Assembly: GCA_050949045.1 (NCBI GenBank)
Contig: JBMNEZ010000001.1
Location: 256,001 to 320,000, forward strand
Length of the DNA: 64,000 bases
Direction: 5' to 3'
Origin: Candidatus Izemoplasmatales bacterium
Lineage (GTDB): Bacteria > Bacillota_I > Bacilli_A > Izemoplasmatales > Hujiaoplasmataceae
Part shown: positions 39,451 through 49,407 of the stretch, in pieces
How the letters are laid out: each line of letters starts with the position of its first letter
Numbering within the stretch: the stretch's first letter is position 1
Made by a program: the position numbers and the translations under genes
The notes under the pieces: model-generated
Databases searched by the model: none
What the model saw: only the letters and a program-made list of their open reading frames with translations
What the model was told of the DNA's origin: nothing

Positions 39451-39622
39451 TTGATTGGTTATGTTTTAGTTATGTTGTTGGGGAAAAGAGATTACCTTAT
39501 GATTTGTTTTCTCAAATAGAAGAAGCCGAGACTACTAATATCTACCATATGCCAGCTTCTTTTTTTCTGAGATGATCATCTGTGTTATACTATACTTAGA
39601 ATACAAACAGGAGGATGAAATA

Positions 39623-40669
39623 ATGGCGTTTTTTGAAAACATGCCTCTTTGGCTCCGGATCATTTTCACAGTAGCCGTTACTCTATTATTGTTCTTGTTC
39701 TATTTTTTCCAAAGAAAACTGGCGAAGTCCGCCCCTGAGGATCAACCCAAACTCAAGGTATTTTTGGTTTATGTTTTGGACATGGTTTTGTTTATCGTTG
39801 GCGTCATGTTTTTGTTATTGGTTTGGGATTTTGATTTTACCCTTCTTTCAGCCGATGTTTTTGGGGACATCGAGGCCTTTGTCATGGGCAAACTGGGGGT
39901 CATTATTGGTTCGGTTGTGACAGTATTTGTGACGATGATGATCCTCAAGATAAGCAAGATTGCTTTTACTCGGTTTGGAAATAAAGTTGGTCCGACACAG
40001 AAACGCAAACGAACAATTGCCAAGATAACCCAAAGCATTATCAAATATCTGGTATCGATCGTCGCGATTCTTGTAGTTTTGTCACTTTGGGGTGTCAATG
40101 TTCTTCCTGCTCTTGCCGGTCTCGGAATCATGGGCTTGGTCATCGGCCTCGGCGCCCAGAAATTCATCAATGATCTGATTACCGGTATCTTCATCGTATT
40201 TGAGCAGCACTTTGATGTTGGAGATGTGATCGAAGTCGCCGGCTTCAAGGGCGAGGTCATAAGCATCGGGCTCAAGACGACCAAGATTAGAAACTGGAAA
40301 GGCGAAGTCAAGATCCTTGCCAATGGGGCCATCACCGACTTGACCAATTTTTCGCTCAACCCTTCGACTGCCGTTGTGGAATTCGGGATTCCCTATAAGG
40401 AGGATATTGACAAAGTCATCGGCATTCTAAAGAAAGAACTGCCGAAAACAAGGGCCAATTATCCGGAAATGCTTGAAAATCCAACTATTCTCGGCATTAC
40501 CGATCTAGCCTCAAACAGCGTGGTAATCCGGGTTATTGCCAAAACCGAAAGCGAAAAACATTATGCGATAGAAAGAGAGCTCCGACGCATCATCAAGGCG
40601 ACCCTCGATCAGAATGGGATCGAAATCCCCTTTCAGAGAGTCGTCGTCCATCAAGCACATAGTGAATGA
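39623..40669 (+). CDS. mscS: Small-conductance mechanosensitive channel
   Basis: IGLGAQKFINDLITG, FDVGDVI, GEVISIGLKTT, GIEIPF. Confidence 0.9.
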   Translation: MAFFENMPLWLRIIFTVAVTLLLFLFYFFQRKLAKSAPEDQPKLKVFLVYVLDMVLFIVGVMFLLLVWDFDFTLLSADVFGDIEAFVMGKLGVIIGSVVTVFVTMMILKISKIAFTRFGNKVGPTQKRKRTIAKITQSIIKYLVSIVAILVVLSLWGVNVLPALAGLGIMGLVIGLGAQKFINDLITGIFIVFEQHFDVGDVIEVAGFKGEVISIGLKTTKIRNWKGEVKILANGAITDLTNFSLNPSTAVVEFGIPYKEDIDKVIGILKKELPKTRANYPEMLENPTILGITDLASNSVVIRVIAKTESEKHYAIERELRRIIKATLDQNGIEIPFQRVVVHQAHSE

Positions 40670-40775
40670 GCAAAGACTTCAAGATGCTTTACGTTCTTTT
40701 TTTCTCATCGTCATAATTGAAAACCAGCGGTAGGCGTGATATAATACAAAAAAATAATAATTGGAGAGTGCCCGA

Positions 40776-42092
40776 ATGAAACGAATTTATTTTCGTGACT
40801 TACCAAAGTACTATAATCAAACCGTTGAACTACATGGATTCGTCGACAAGATCCGCGATTTGCAATATGTCCAGTTCGTTGTCTTGCGCGATTCCTCGGG
40901 CAAAGTCCAGGTTACCGTCGAGAAGAACGAAAAGTATCGAGAAATCAACGATATTGTTTCCAAATTGACGAAGGAAAGCACAGTGAAAGTAACCGGCATT
41001 CTTTATGAGCGTCCAAGTGTCAAACTCCGGAGAATGGAATTGATTCCGAGTGAGTTCGTAGTGACAAGCGTGGCGGCGGAGGAATTGCCGATCGACATTC
41101 TCGATTATACGAACGAATCTAATAAGGAACTGCGTCTTGACAACCGTTTTCTTGATTTAAGGCTCGATAAAAACTATCTGATCTTCAAAGCCCAGACTGT
41201 CGTGGAAGCGGCAATGCGCGAATACTGGATCGAGCACAATTTCATCGAGATCCACTCGCCCAAGATTTTGGGAACCGCTTCGGAATCGGGAGCGGAAGTC
41301 TTCAAACTCGACTATTTTGGGAAGACTGTCTATTTGGCGCAGTCGCCCCAGTTCTACAAACAGATGGCGATGGGTGCCGGCTTCAACAATGTCTTTGAGA
41401 TCGGACCGGTTTTCAGGGCGGAAAACTCCCACACAGCCTATCACGCTACCGAATTCACCAGTGTTGACTGCGAGATGAGTTGGATTGATTCACACCACGA
41501 TGTGATGGATCTTGAGGAAGCCGTCTGCAAGCACGTTGAGAAGCGGCTTAGGGAAACTCTCGGGACCGAACTGAGGGAAACCTTCAAGATCGTCTTTAAG
41601 GAGGAATTGCCCGCGTTTCCGCGAATTCCCTTCTATGATGCTAAACAAATCATCAAAGATAAATATCATTATATCGGGGAAAAGGAACATGATTTTGATC
41701 GCAAAGAAGAAGAACTGATCGGCCAGTACGCAAGCGAAAAGTTCCATTCTGATTATGTCTTCATTATCGACTATCCGTTTGCGGCGCGTCCCTTCTACCA
41801 TATGCTTGACGATAACGGATTGACAAAGAGTTTTGATCTTCTGTATAAAGGCATTGAGATCACTACCGGCGCACAGCGCGAACACCGGATCGAAATTCTC
41901 AAAAGTCAGGCGCTAGCCAAGGGTCTGTCCCTAGAGGCGATCGGCTTCTATCTTGATTTCTTCCGCTACGGGATTCCCCCTCACGGTGGTTATGGATATG
42001 GCCTCACTCGGTTTCTGATGCGCCTTTTTGATCAAGAGAGCATTCGAGACGTAACCTTCCTCTATCGCGGTCCGAACCGCGTCAAACCCTAA
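40776..42092 (+). CDS. aspS: Aspartyl-tRNA synthetase, short archaeal/eukaryal type
   Basis: LAQSPQFYKQ, GPVFRAENS, EITTGAQR, PPHGGYGYGLTR; no GAD insertion. Confidence 0.9.
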   Translation: MKRIYFRDLPKYYNQTVELHGFVDKIRDLQYVQFVVLRDSSGKVQVTVEKNEKYREINDIVSKLTKESTVKVTGILYERPSVKLRRMELIPSEFVVTSVAAEELPIDILDYTNESNKELRLDNRFLDLRLDKNYLIFKAQTVVEAAMREYWIEHNFIEIHSPKILGTASESGAEVFKLDYFGKTVYLAQSPQFYKQMAMGAGFNNVFEIGPVFRAENSHTAYHATEFTSVDCEMSWIDSHHDVMDLEEAVCKHVEKRLRETLGTELRETFKIVFKEELPAFPRIPFYDAKQIIKDKYHYIGEKEHDFDRKEEELIGQYASEKFHSDYVFIIDYPFAARPFYHMLDDNGLTKSFDLLYKGIEITTGAQREHRIEILKSQALAKGLSLEAIGFYLDFFRYGIPPHGGYGYGLTRFLMRLFDQESIRDVTFLYRGPNRVKP

Positions 42093-42099
42093 GGGCAAG

Positions 42100-42123
42100 A
42101 CCGGGCGATCAGCCCGGTTTTTT
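42100..42123 (+). terminator. Terminator after aspS
   Basis: accgggc-N5-gcccggt followed by T-tract. Confidence 0.8.
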
Positions 42124-42293
42124 GTGCGGAAGTTATATATAGCGAAATCTATGATAGAATATTAATCAAGTCGGGCAATTTGATCACCTCATCGTTTTAA
42201 TTGTCGATGAGAGTTTGCGGGCTGTCATCAAGAGACCGTTTTCGTTTCCCCTTTATCTGGACTAATAATTTTAACTATCAGTAGGAGGTTTCC

Positions 42294-43091
42294 ATGGGTA
42301 ATCTATCTGATATTGCGATCACGATCATCGGTATTGCCATAGTCACGGTGTCGACCTCAGCCGGAGCGACGATGGTGTTCTTTTTAAAAGATCAAATGTC
42401 GCAAAAATTTAAGCGCATCACCCTTGGTTTTGCGTCTGGTGTCATGCTCGCCGCCTCAGTTTGGGGGCTTTTGATTCCGGCGATTGAGGAAGCGGAAAAA
42501 AACGGCATGACCGGTTGGGTTCCAGCCGCAATCGGTTTTGCGGCCGGAGGAGCTTTCTTATTGTTGCTTGACAATCTTTTACCTCACATCCATGTTGGGC
42601 AAGATAAGCCAGAGGGTTTGAAATCATCGATGAAGCGTTCGACCATGTTGGTGCTTGCCGTCACGCTCCACAATATCCCCGAGGGTTTGGCAGTAGGGTT
42701 GGCTTTCGGGTTGGCCATGCAACCTGGTTCGACACTCGGCATCATGTCTGCTTTCGGCCTTGCGCTTGGTATTGCGATCCAGAATTTTCCAGAGGGAGCG
42801 GCGATTGCGTTACCATTGAGATTAGAGAATATGTCAAAAGGCAAGGCGTTTTTCTACGGAACCCTGAGTGGTATCGTCGAACCGATTTTTGCGGTCGTTG
42901 GCTTAATTTTGGCGACTCAGCTCACAGCGATCATGCCCTGGCTTCTGGCTTTCGCCGCTGGAGCGATGATCTATGTTGTTGTCGAAGAACTGATTCCCGA
43001 AGCACAATATGGCGAGCATTCCAATACCGTCACCATTGCCTTGATGCTTGGCTTTGTCATGATGATGATCCTTGACGTGGCCCTTGGGTAA
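42294..43091 (+). CDS. ZIP-family (GufA/ZupT-like) metal transporter
   Basis: LHNIPEG, IQNFPEG, VEELIPE. Confidence 0.93.
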   Translation: MGNLSDIAITIIGIAIVTVSTSAGATMVFFLKDQMSQKFKRITLGFASGVMLAASVWGLLIPAIEEAEKNGMTGWVPAAIGFAAGGAFLLLLDNLLPHIHVGQDKPEGLKSSMKRSTMLVLAVTLHNIPEGLAVGLAFGLAMQPGSTLGIMSAFGLALGIAIQNFPEGAAIALPLRLENMSKGKAFFYGTLSGIVEPIFAVVGLILATQLTAIMPWLLAFAAGAMIYVVVEELIPEAQYGEHSNTVTIALMLGFVMMMILDVALG

Positions 43092-43095
43092 GCAG

Positions 43096-43794
43096 ATGTT
43101 CACTCCCGAAATCATTTTCGAGGACAACCAGATTCTTGTAAGCCTTAAACCACCGGGCATCCTGTCGCAACCTTCTTCGCTGGAAGTTTCGGATATGCTC
43201 ACTGCCTTGAAAGAATATTTGAAGATTCGCCACGATAAACCTGGCAATGTCTTTCTCGGCCTTGTCCACCGCCTTGATCTCAATGTTGGCGGTGTCATGG
43301 TTTTCGCTAAAACTTCAAAAGCAGCTGCGCGGCTTTCCGCTTCGATCCGCAACAAGGAATTCAAGAAGACTTATCTTGCCGTCGTCGAAGGTGAGCTCAC
43401 GAGCGGATCGAGCGGGGAATTTGTCGATTATCTTAAAAAAGATGTCAATCAGATGAAAGCTTTGGTCACTCAAGACGGTGGCAAATTGGCTTCTCTATCG
43501 TATCGATCCATTATGGTAGGAAACTCCATAGGTAGTGCCTCGACTCTGGTGGAAATCGACTTGCATACTGGTAGATTTCATCAGATCAGATTCCAGTTTG
43601 CCTCGCGTGGTCATCCGGTTCTAAACGACATCAAGTACGGAGCCCGAATGTTGCTTGAAGAGGACATTATCGCGCTTTGGGCATATAAACTTGCTTTCGT
43701 TCACCCAGTATCAAAAGACTGGCTGACATTTCAAGCCGATCCAAAGAATCCTCTGTTCGCCGCTTTCTCCGGCGCGATCAAACAAATAAAATAA
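43096..43794 (+). CDS. RluA-family pseudouridine synthase
   Basis: KPPG, HRLD, TGRFHQIR, GHPVLNDIKYG. Confidence 0.93.
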   Translation: MFTPEIIFEDNQILVSLKPPGILSQPSSLEVSDMLTALKEYLKIRHDKPGNVFLGLVHRLDLNVGGVMVFAKTSKAAARLSASIRNKEFKKTYLAVVEGELTSGSSGEFVDYLKKDVNQMKALVTQDGGKLASLSYRSIMVGNSIGSASTLVEIDLHTGRFHQIRFQFASRGHPVLNDIKYGARMLLEEDIIALWAYKLAFVHPVSKDWLTFQADPKNPLFAAFSGAIKQIK

Positions 43795-43808
43795 AGAGGT
43801 AGATATCG

Positions 43809-44813
43809 ATGATTACAATCAATACCCTAAAGGACGGGATCAGGGAAATTACTGTAAAACGCCCAAACAACGAGATTTTCACATTCATTAGCCTTGGAGC
43901 GACCTGGGTCCGTTGGCAAACCGAAGAGGGCAGGGACATCATCGCCAGGTATCAAGATTACGAAGATTATAAGATTCCTGGTTTGTATCTTGGAAGTACA
44001 GTCGGCCCATTGGCGGGCAGAATCGCAAATGGTCGGTTTTCGCTTGGAGGAAAAGAATATGTATTCACCAATGGTGAGCCCTTGCTTCATAGCGGGGCCT
44101 TTGGTTTTTCCTTTCAAGACTTCGAGATCGACCACATTCACAATCATCCCCATGAGACTGTCGTCTGTTTTAAACTGCGATTTGAAAAGAAAGAGTATCC
44201 GGGGATCATCGACCTGAAAGTCAGCTATCGGATGAAACCGAACGAAGTCAAGATTCTCTATCAAGCCTCTTCGAGTTCAGACAGTGCTCTCAATATCACC
44301 AACCATGCCTATTTTAACCTTTCGGGAGATTATTCGCGACCGCTCGATGACCATGAGCTGATGTTGAACGCCAACAAGGTCGTGATGCCCGATCACGAAA
44401 TGATTGGGAAAAAGATCGCCGATGTCAAAGGAACTGCTCTTGATTTCACCAAGCTGCGAAAACTGAGCGATGCTTACAATGACGAAGGCTTGCGTGCCTC
44501 GGTAACGAAGGGAATCGATCACTTTTTTATTCTTGATAAGGATCGTCCTTTCGCACTTGAACTCAGGTCGAACCTAGCCAAAAGCCGGCTGATGATTGAG
44601 ACATCGTATCCCGGAGTGGTCTTGTATTCGACCAACGATCAAAGGGATCGGCCGATCCAATCGGGGAAACTGATTCCGATCCACGGTGCGCTCGCAATCG
44701 AAGCGCAATTCATGAGCAACGCAGTCAACGACCGACGTTTTGACAATATCATCCTCAAAAAGGGTGAACTATACGAACACCATATCACTTACAAGTTGGA
44801 GGCGATTAGATGA
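43809..44813 (+). CDS. galM: Aldose 1-epimerase
   Basis: GPLAGRIANG, LHSG, TNHAYFNL. Confidence 0.9.
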   Translation: MITINTLKDGIREITVKRPNNEIFTFISLGATWVRWQTEEGRDIIARYQDYEDYKIPGLYLGSTVGPLAGRIANGRFSLGGKEYVFTNGEPLLHSGAFGFSFQDFEIDHIHNHPHETVVCFKLRFEKKEYPGIIDLKVSYRMKPNEVKILYQASSSSDSALNITNHAYFNLSGDYSRPLDDHELMLNANKVVMPDHEMIGKKIADVKGTALDFTKLRKLSDAYNDEGLRASVTKGIDHFFILDKDRPFALELRSNLAKSRLMIETSYPGVVLYSTNDQRDRPIQSGKLIPIHGALAIEAQFMSNAVNDRRFDNIILKKGELYEHHITYKLEAIR

Positions 44814-45796
44814 ATATCCTTGTTCTTGGAGGGGCTGGCTATATCGGCAGCCATTTTGTCAAGAACGCGATCAAACATGGACATAAGGTGATCGTCGCCG
44901 ACAACCTGCAACAGGGACACCGCAAGGCGGTCGATCCTCAGGCGCGTTTTTATATAGTCGATATCAGAGATAAAGATGGTCTAGAACAGATTTTTGCCAA
45001 TCATCATATCGATGCTTGCGCCCATTTCGCCGCCAACTCACTCGTCGGTGAGTCGATGCAAAAGCCATTAGTATATTTTGACAACAATGTCACCGGCACC
45101 ATCAACTTGCTGGAAGCGATGGAAAAGCACCAGGTCAAACGGATCGTCTTCTCATCAAGCGCCGCGGTTTATGGGACTCACGAGCGGATGCCGCTTGTGG
45201 AAACAGACAATACCAATCCGGAAAATCCTTACGGTGAATCCAAACTGATGATGGAGAAAATCATGGCTTGGGCAGACAAAATCCATGGGATCCGCTATGC
45301 GAGCCTTCGTTATTTCAACGTTGCCGGCGCCTCTTTGGACGCGTCAATCGGTGAAGACCATCGCCCAGAGACCCATCTGATTCCAATTATCTTGCAGGTT
45401 GCGCTTGGAAAAAGGGAACGATTGGTGATTTTTGGCAACGACTATCCGACTCCTGACGGGACCTGTATCCGTGACTACATCCACATTGAAGACTTGATCG
45501 AAGCCCATTTGTTGGCTCTTGAATTCATTGATAAACACGATCGTTCCGAAATCTTCAATCTTGGCAATGAGGATGGCTACTCCAATCTCAATGTCGTCGA
45601 AACTGCACAAAAGATCACGGGGCTTGCGATTCCTTTTACATTCTGCGATCGAAGGCCTGGTGATCCTCCCAAACTGATCGCCTCCAGCCAAAAAGCCATC
45701 ACGCTTCTGGGTTGGCAGAGGCAATACGGCATCGAGGACATCATCGCCTCGGCTTGGAGATTCCATAAAACTCATCCCGACGGATACAAGGAGTGA
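44810..45796 (+). CDS. galE: UDP-glucose 4-epimerase
   Basis: GGAGYIGSH, YGESK, LRYFN, DGTCIRDYIH. Confidence 0.96.
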   Translation: MNILVLGGAGYIGSHFVKNAIKHGHKVIVADNLQQGHRKAVDPQARFYIVDIRDKDGLEQIFANHHIDACAHFAANSLVGESMQKPLVYFDNNVTGTINLLEAMEKHQVKRIVFSSSAAVYGTHERMPLVETDNTNPENPYGESKLMMEKIMAWADKIHGIRYASLRYFNVAGASLDASIGEDHRPETHLIPIILQVALGKRERLVIFGNDYPTPDGTCIRDYIHIEDLIEAHLLALEFIDKHDRSEIFNLGNEDGYSNLNVVETAQKITGLAIPFTFCDRRPGDPPKLIASSQKAITLLGWQRQYGIEDIIASAWRFHKTHPDGYKE

Positions 45797-45801
45797 GGCT
45801 G

Positions 45802-47277
45802 ATGAACAGACTGATCAATGAGTTGATTGCGTATGCGTTCAAAAAGCGGTTGATTAATGAGAGCGACCGTGAATATGTCCAGAATGCTCTCATTTATCTC
45901 TTGCGGCTTGACCATTTTGAGACAGAAGCGGTCGACTTGGAAACAGTGGATTTCTTTGTGATTATGAAACAGATCCTGGACGCTGCCGTCAAAGAGGGAA
46001 TCATTGAGGATTCGCTCACCTCAAGAGACAACTTAGAGGCAAAACTGATGGATGTGTTTTTACCAAAGCCCTCCGAACTCGATCAGAGATTCTACTCGCT
46101 TTACAAGAAGACGCCGAAAGCTGCGACCGACTTTTTTTTCAAATTGTCTCAAGACACCAACTATATCAAAACTAAGAGAATCGCCAAAAACATCTCTTTC
46201 GTCTATCGTGGCAAATATGGCCTCTTGCAGCTGACAATCAACCTTTCAAAACCGGAAAAAGATCCGCAGGCGATCGCCGAAAGCAGAGGTAAAGAAGAAA
46301 AAGACTATCCAAAATGTGCCCTTTGTATGGAGAATGTCGGATTTTACGGCACTGAAACATTCGCTCCTAGGAGTAACCACCGCGTCATCAGTTTGACCTT
46401 GAATCATGAAAAGGATGCCTGGGGGTTCCAGTATTCTCCCTATCAATACTTCAACGAACATTCGATTGTGCTCAAAAAGCAGCACATCCCGATGCGGGTC
46501 GACCATCAAACTTTTGATGAACTGGTCGACTTCGTCGACAAATTTCCCCACTATCTAATGGGATCCAACGCCGGATTGCCCATTGTCGGCGGCTCGATTT
46601 TATCGCACTACCATTTTCAAGGTGGGCGTCATGAGTTCCCGATCGAAAAAGCACGCGTTCTCAAATGTTATCAAAGAGGACAAATCAAAGTGGAAGCCCT
46701 AGATTGGCCAGTTTCGACGATCAGAGTTTCGGGCAAAAATAAAAACGCTGTTCTTAGTATGGTGAAACAGGTATTTGACAAATGGCTGTCATATGACAAC
46801 CCTGAACTAGATATCATTCACAAGACAACCGAGCATCACAACGCGATGACGCCCATTTTAAAACTGGATGGCGCCGACTACAATTTTTATCTCGTGCTGC
46901 GGAACAATCGCTCCACAATCAAGCGCCCGTTCGGCTTGTTTCATCCGCGGGAAGAGCTCTTTCATATCAAAAAGGAAAACATCGGCCTGATTGAGGTCAT
47001 GGGGCTGGCGATCCTTCCGGGAAGGCTGAAACAAGAACTCGATCTGATCAAACGCTGTTTTAGTGAAGACGCTGACCCGAAGGCGATGCTAGAACTTGAA
47101 AAACATCTTTCCTGGATCGACGATATCAGCCAAGGAGCCATGGAAGCTCGGGATATCGACAGATATCTCGAAATTGAGGTCGGCAAGGTCTTCGAAGCGG
47201 TCCTTGAAGATTGCGGCGTCTTCAAAACCAAGGACAAGGAAGCATTTCTCAGCTTTGTCGAAACTGCGATCAACTAA
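45802..47277 (+). CDS. galT: Galactose-1-phosphate uridylyltransferase (Firmicutes type II)
   Basis: TINLSKPEKDP, YPKCALC, GSILSHYHFQGG, KKENIGLIEVMG. Confidence 0.95.
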   Translation: MNRLINELIAYAFKKRLINESDREYVQNALIYLLRLDHFETEAVDLETVDFFVIMKQILDAAVKEGIIEDSLTSRDNLEAKLMDVFLPKPSELDQRFYSLYKKTPKAATDFFFKLSQDTNYIKTKRIAKNISFVYRGKYGLLQLTINLSKPEKDPQAIAESRGKEEKDYPKCALCMENVGFYGTETFAPRSNHRVISLTLNHEKDAWGFQYSPYQYFNEHSIVLKKQHIPMRVDHQTFDELVDFVDKFPHYLMGSNAGLPIVGGSILSHYHFQGGRHEFPIEKARVLKCYQRGQIKVEALDWPVSTIRVSGKNKNAVLSMVKQVFDKWLSYDNPELDIIHKTTEHHNAMTPILKLDGADYNFYLVLRNNRSTIKRPFGLFHPREELFHIKKENIGLIEVMGLAILPGRLKQELDLIKRCFSEDADPKAMLELEKHLSWIDDISQGAMEARDIDRYLEIEVGKVFEAVLEDCGVFKTKDKEAFLSFVETAIN

Positions 47278-47339
47278 AAAAAGGCAGATAAACCAAGCGG
47301 TCCGTGATATAATGAAATAACGACAACGAGGTGATGATT

Positions 47340-48776
47340 ATGGCCAACGACAAATTGGTCAAAGAGATTACAGCGAGAGACGTCGATTTTGCCAAATGGT
47401 ATACCGATGTTTGTAAAAAAGCCGAGCTAATGGACTATTCCGATGCGAAAGGATTTATCATCTACCTGCCGTACGGCTATAACATTTGGGAACACATCCA
47501 GGCGTTTCTGAATGGTCTTTTGAAGAAGACCGGTCATGAAAACGTCTATTTTCCACTTGTGATCCCCGAATCATTATTTCAGAAAGAAGCCGATCATGTC
47601 AAGGGCTTCGCCCCTGAGACGGCGATCATCACCACCGGTGGCAAGGAAGAACTGACGGAACGGCTGATTGTCAGACCAACTTCGGAAGTTCTGTTCTGCG
47701 ATCATTACGCCAAGGCCGTCTCCTCATATCGGGATCTGCCAAAGAAGTATAACCAATGGTGCAATGTCGTCAGATGGGAAAAAACCACCAGACCGTTTCT
47801 GCGTGGCTCAGAGTTTCTTTGGCAGGAAGGCCATACTATCCATGCGACTGAAGCAGAAGCCCGCAAGGAGACCCTCGACATTCTCCATATGTATAATCAA
47901 ATTGGAACCGATCTGTTGGCGATCCCCTTTGCCCTCGGAAAGAAGACTGACAAAGAAAAGTTTGCCGGCGCTGAGGAGACTTATGCCATCGAAGCCTTGA
48001 TGCATGATAACAAAGCTCTCCAGAGCGGGACAACGCATTATTTTGGCACCGGTTTTGCCAAAGCTTTTAACATCCAGTTTCAGGATAAGGACAAAACCTT
48101 GAAGTATGTTCATCAGACTTCATGGGGTGTCTCTACCCGTTTGATCGGTGCGATTATCATGGTCCATGGCGACGACAACGGTTTGGTTTTACCGCCATAT
48201 GTCGCTCCGATCCAAGTCATGATCGTCCCGATCCAGCAAAGCAAGCCGGGAGTTATGAAAGCGGCTTTGAAACTCAAGGAAGAATTGGATAAAAGCGGTT
48301 ATCGCGTTCAAATTGATGACTCCGACAAATCACCGGGCTGGAAATTCGCCGATTCGGAGATGAAGGGCATTCCTGTTCGGATCGAGATTGGGCCTCGTGA
48401 TCTTGAAATGAATCAGTGCCTTATGGTGCTCAGGCATAACGGCGAAAGGACTAATGTGGATTTGGCTGAAGTTGTCCAGAAAATGCCGGATCTTCTTGCG
48501 GATATCCACAAGGCAATGTTTGAGAAAGCCAAAAAACAGATGCTGGATAACACCCACGCTGTCAAAGATTATGAAACCTTCAAGCGTTTGATGGCAAAAA
48601 ACGCAGGTTATGTCAAGATGATGTGGTGTGGTGAAGATGCTTGCGAAACGAGAATCAAAGAGGAGACGACCGCCACGGCGAGGTGTATTCCCTTTGAGCA
48701 AGAGCATCTTGGCGACATCTGCCCTGTTTGTGGCAAAAAAGCGAAACACATGGTTCTCTTCGCCAAAGCCTATTGA
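47340..48776 (+). CDS. proS: Prolyl-tRNA synthetase (archaeal/eukaryote-like)
   Basis: RPTSE, VVRWE, FLWQEGH, QTSWGVSTR, C-terminal AKAY. Confidence 0.97.
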   Translation: MANDKLVKEITARDVDFAKWYTDVCKKAELMDYSDAKGFIIYLPYGYNIWEHIQAFLNGLLKKTGHENVYFPLVIPESLFQKEADHVKGFAPETAIITTGGKEELTERLIVRPTSEVLFCDHYAKAVSSYRDLPKKYNQWCNVVRWEKTTRPFLRGSEFLWQEGHTIHATEAEARKETLDILHMYNQIGTDLLAIPFALGKKTDKEKFAGAEETYAIEALMHDNKALQSGTTHYFGTGFAKAFNIQFQDKDKTLKYVHQTSWGVSTRLIGAIIMVHGDDNGLVLPPYVAPIQVMIVPIQQSKPGVMKAALKLKEELDKSGYRVQIDDSDKSPGWKFADSEMKGIPVRIEIGPRDLEMNQCLMVLRHNGERTNVDLAEVVQKMPDLLADIHKAMFEKAKKQMLDNTHAVKDYETFKRLMAKNAGYVKMMWCGEDACETRIKEETTATARCIPFEQEHLGDICPVCGKKAKHMVLFAKAY

Positions 48777-48849
48777 GCCAAAACGTTTTTCTATTATTCA
48801 ACCAATTCAATGGAACAATGTTTCTTCCGATATAATGACTTTGGCCATA

Positions 48850-48886
48850 ATAAAAAGCACTTGAAATGTCATCCAAGTGCTTTTAT
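48850..48886. terminator. Bidirectional terminator between proS and fumarate hydratase
   Basis: aaaagcacttg...caagtgctttt. Confidence 0.7.
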
Positions 48887-49407
48887 CGGTTAAAGATGTC
48901 GCCGCCGTGGGCATCATAGGCGACGATGGTCGGAAAATCTTCAACCTCAAGTTTATAGATTGCTTCGCTTTGCAGTTCGGGGAAAGCAACCATTGTGGCC
49001 TTTTTCACACGTTTTGACATCAAGGCGCCGATACCTCCGACACCTATCAAATAAACAGCTTGTTCTTTGATGAGTTCTTGTTTGAAGGCTGCGCTTCGGT
49101 CGCCTTTGCCGATCATGATCTTCAAGCCTTTTGACATCAAGATTTTACTGAAGGGATCCATCCGGTAACTTGAGGTCGGTCCGCACGCGCCGATGGGTTG
49201 GCCTGGCTTTGCCGGAGTTGGGCCCACATAATAAATGATTTGGCCAACGAAAGGGATCGGCAGTTCTTGGTTATCCTGAATGGCTTCAACAAGCAGTCTG
49301 TGAACTTGGTCTCTGCCGATGTAGACAATACCGCTGATCAAAACTTCATCGCCAACACGTAGGCTGAGTCTGGTTTCATCGTTAACCGGTGTTATCAACT
49401 TGATCAT
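48883..49407 (-). CDS. Fe-S fumarate hydratase/tartrate dehydratase beta subunit
   Basis: GRDQVH, GPTSSYRMD, MIGKG; ATG overlaps the alpha-subunit stop. Confidence 0.9.
   Translation of the reverse strand: MIKLITPVNDETRLSLRVGDEVLISGIVYIGRDQVHRLLVEAIQDNQELPIPFVGQIIYYVGPTPAKPGQPIGACGPTSSYRMDPFSKILMSKGLKIMIGKGDRSAAFKQELIKEQAVYLIGVGGIGALMSKRVKKATMVAFPELQSEAIYKLEVEDFPTIVAYDAHGGDIFNR

Noticed and set aside
42160..42290. yybP-ykoY Mn riboswitch
   Set aside because: The conserved GGGGAGUA element is absent; kept only as an unclassified leader
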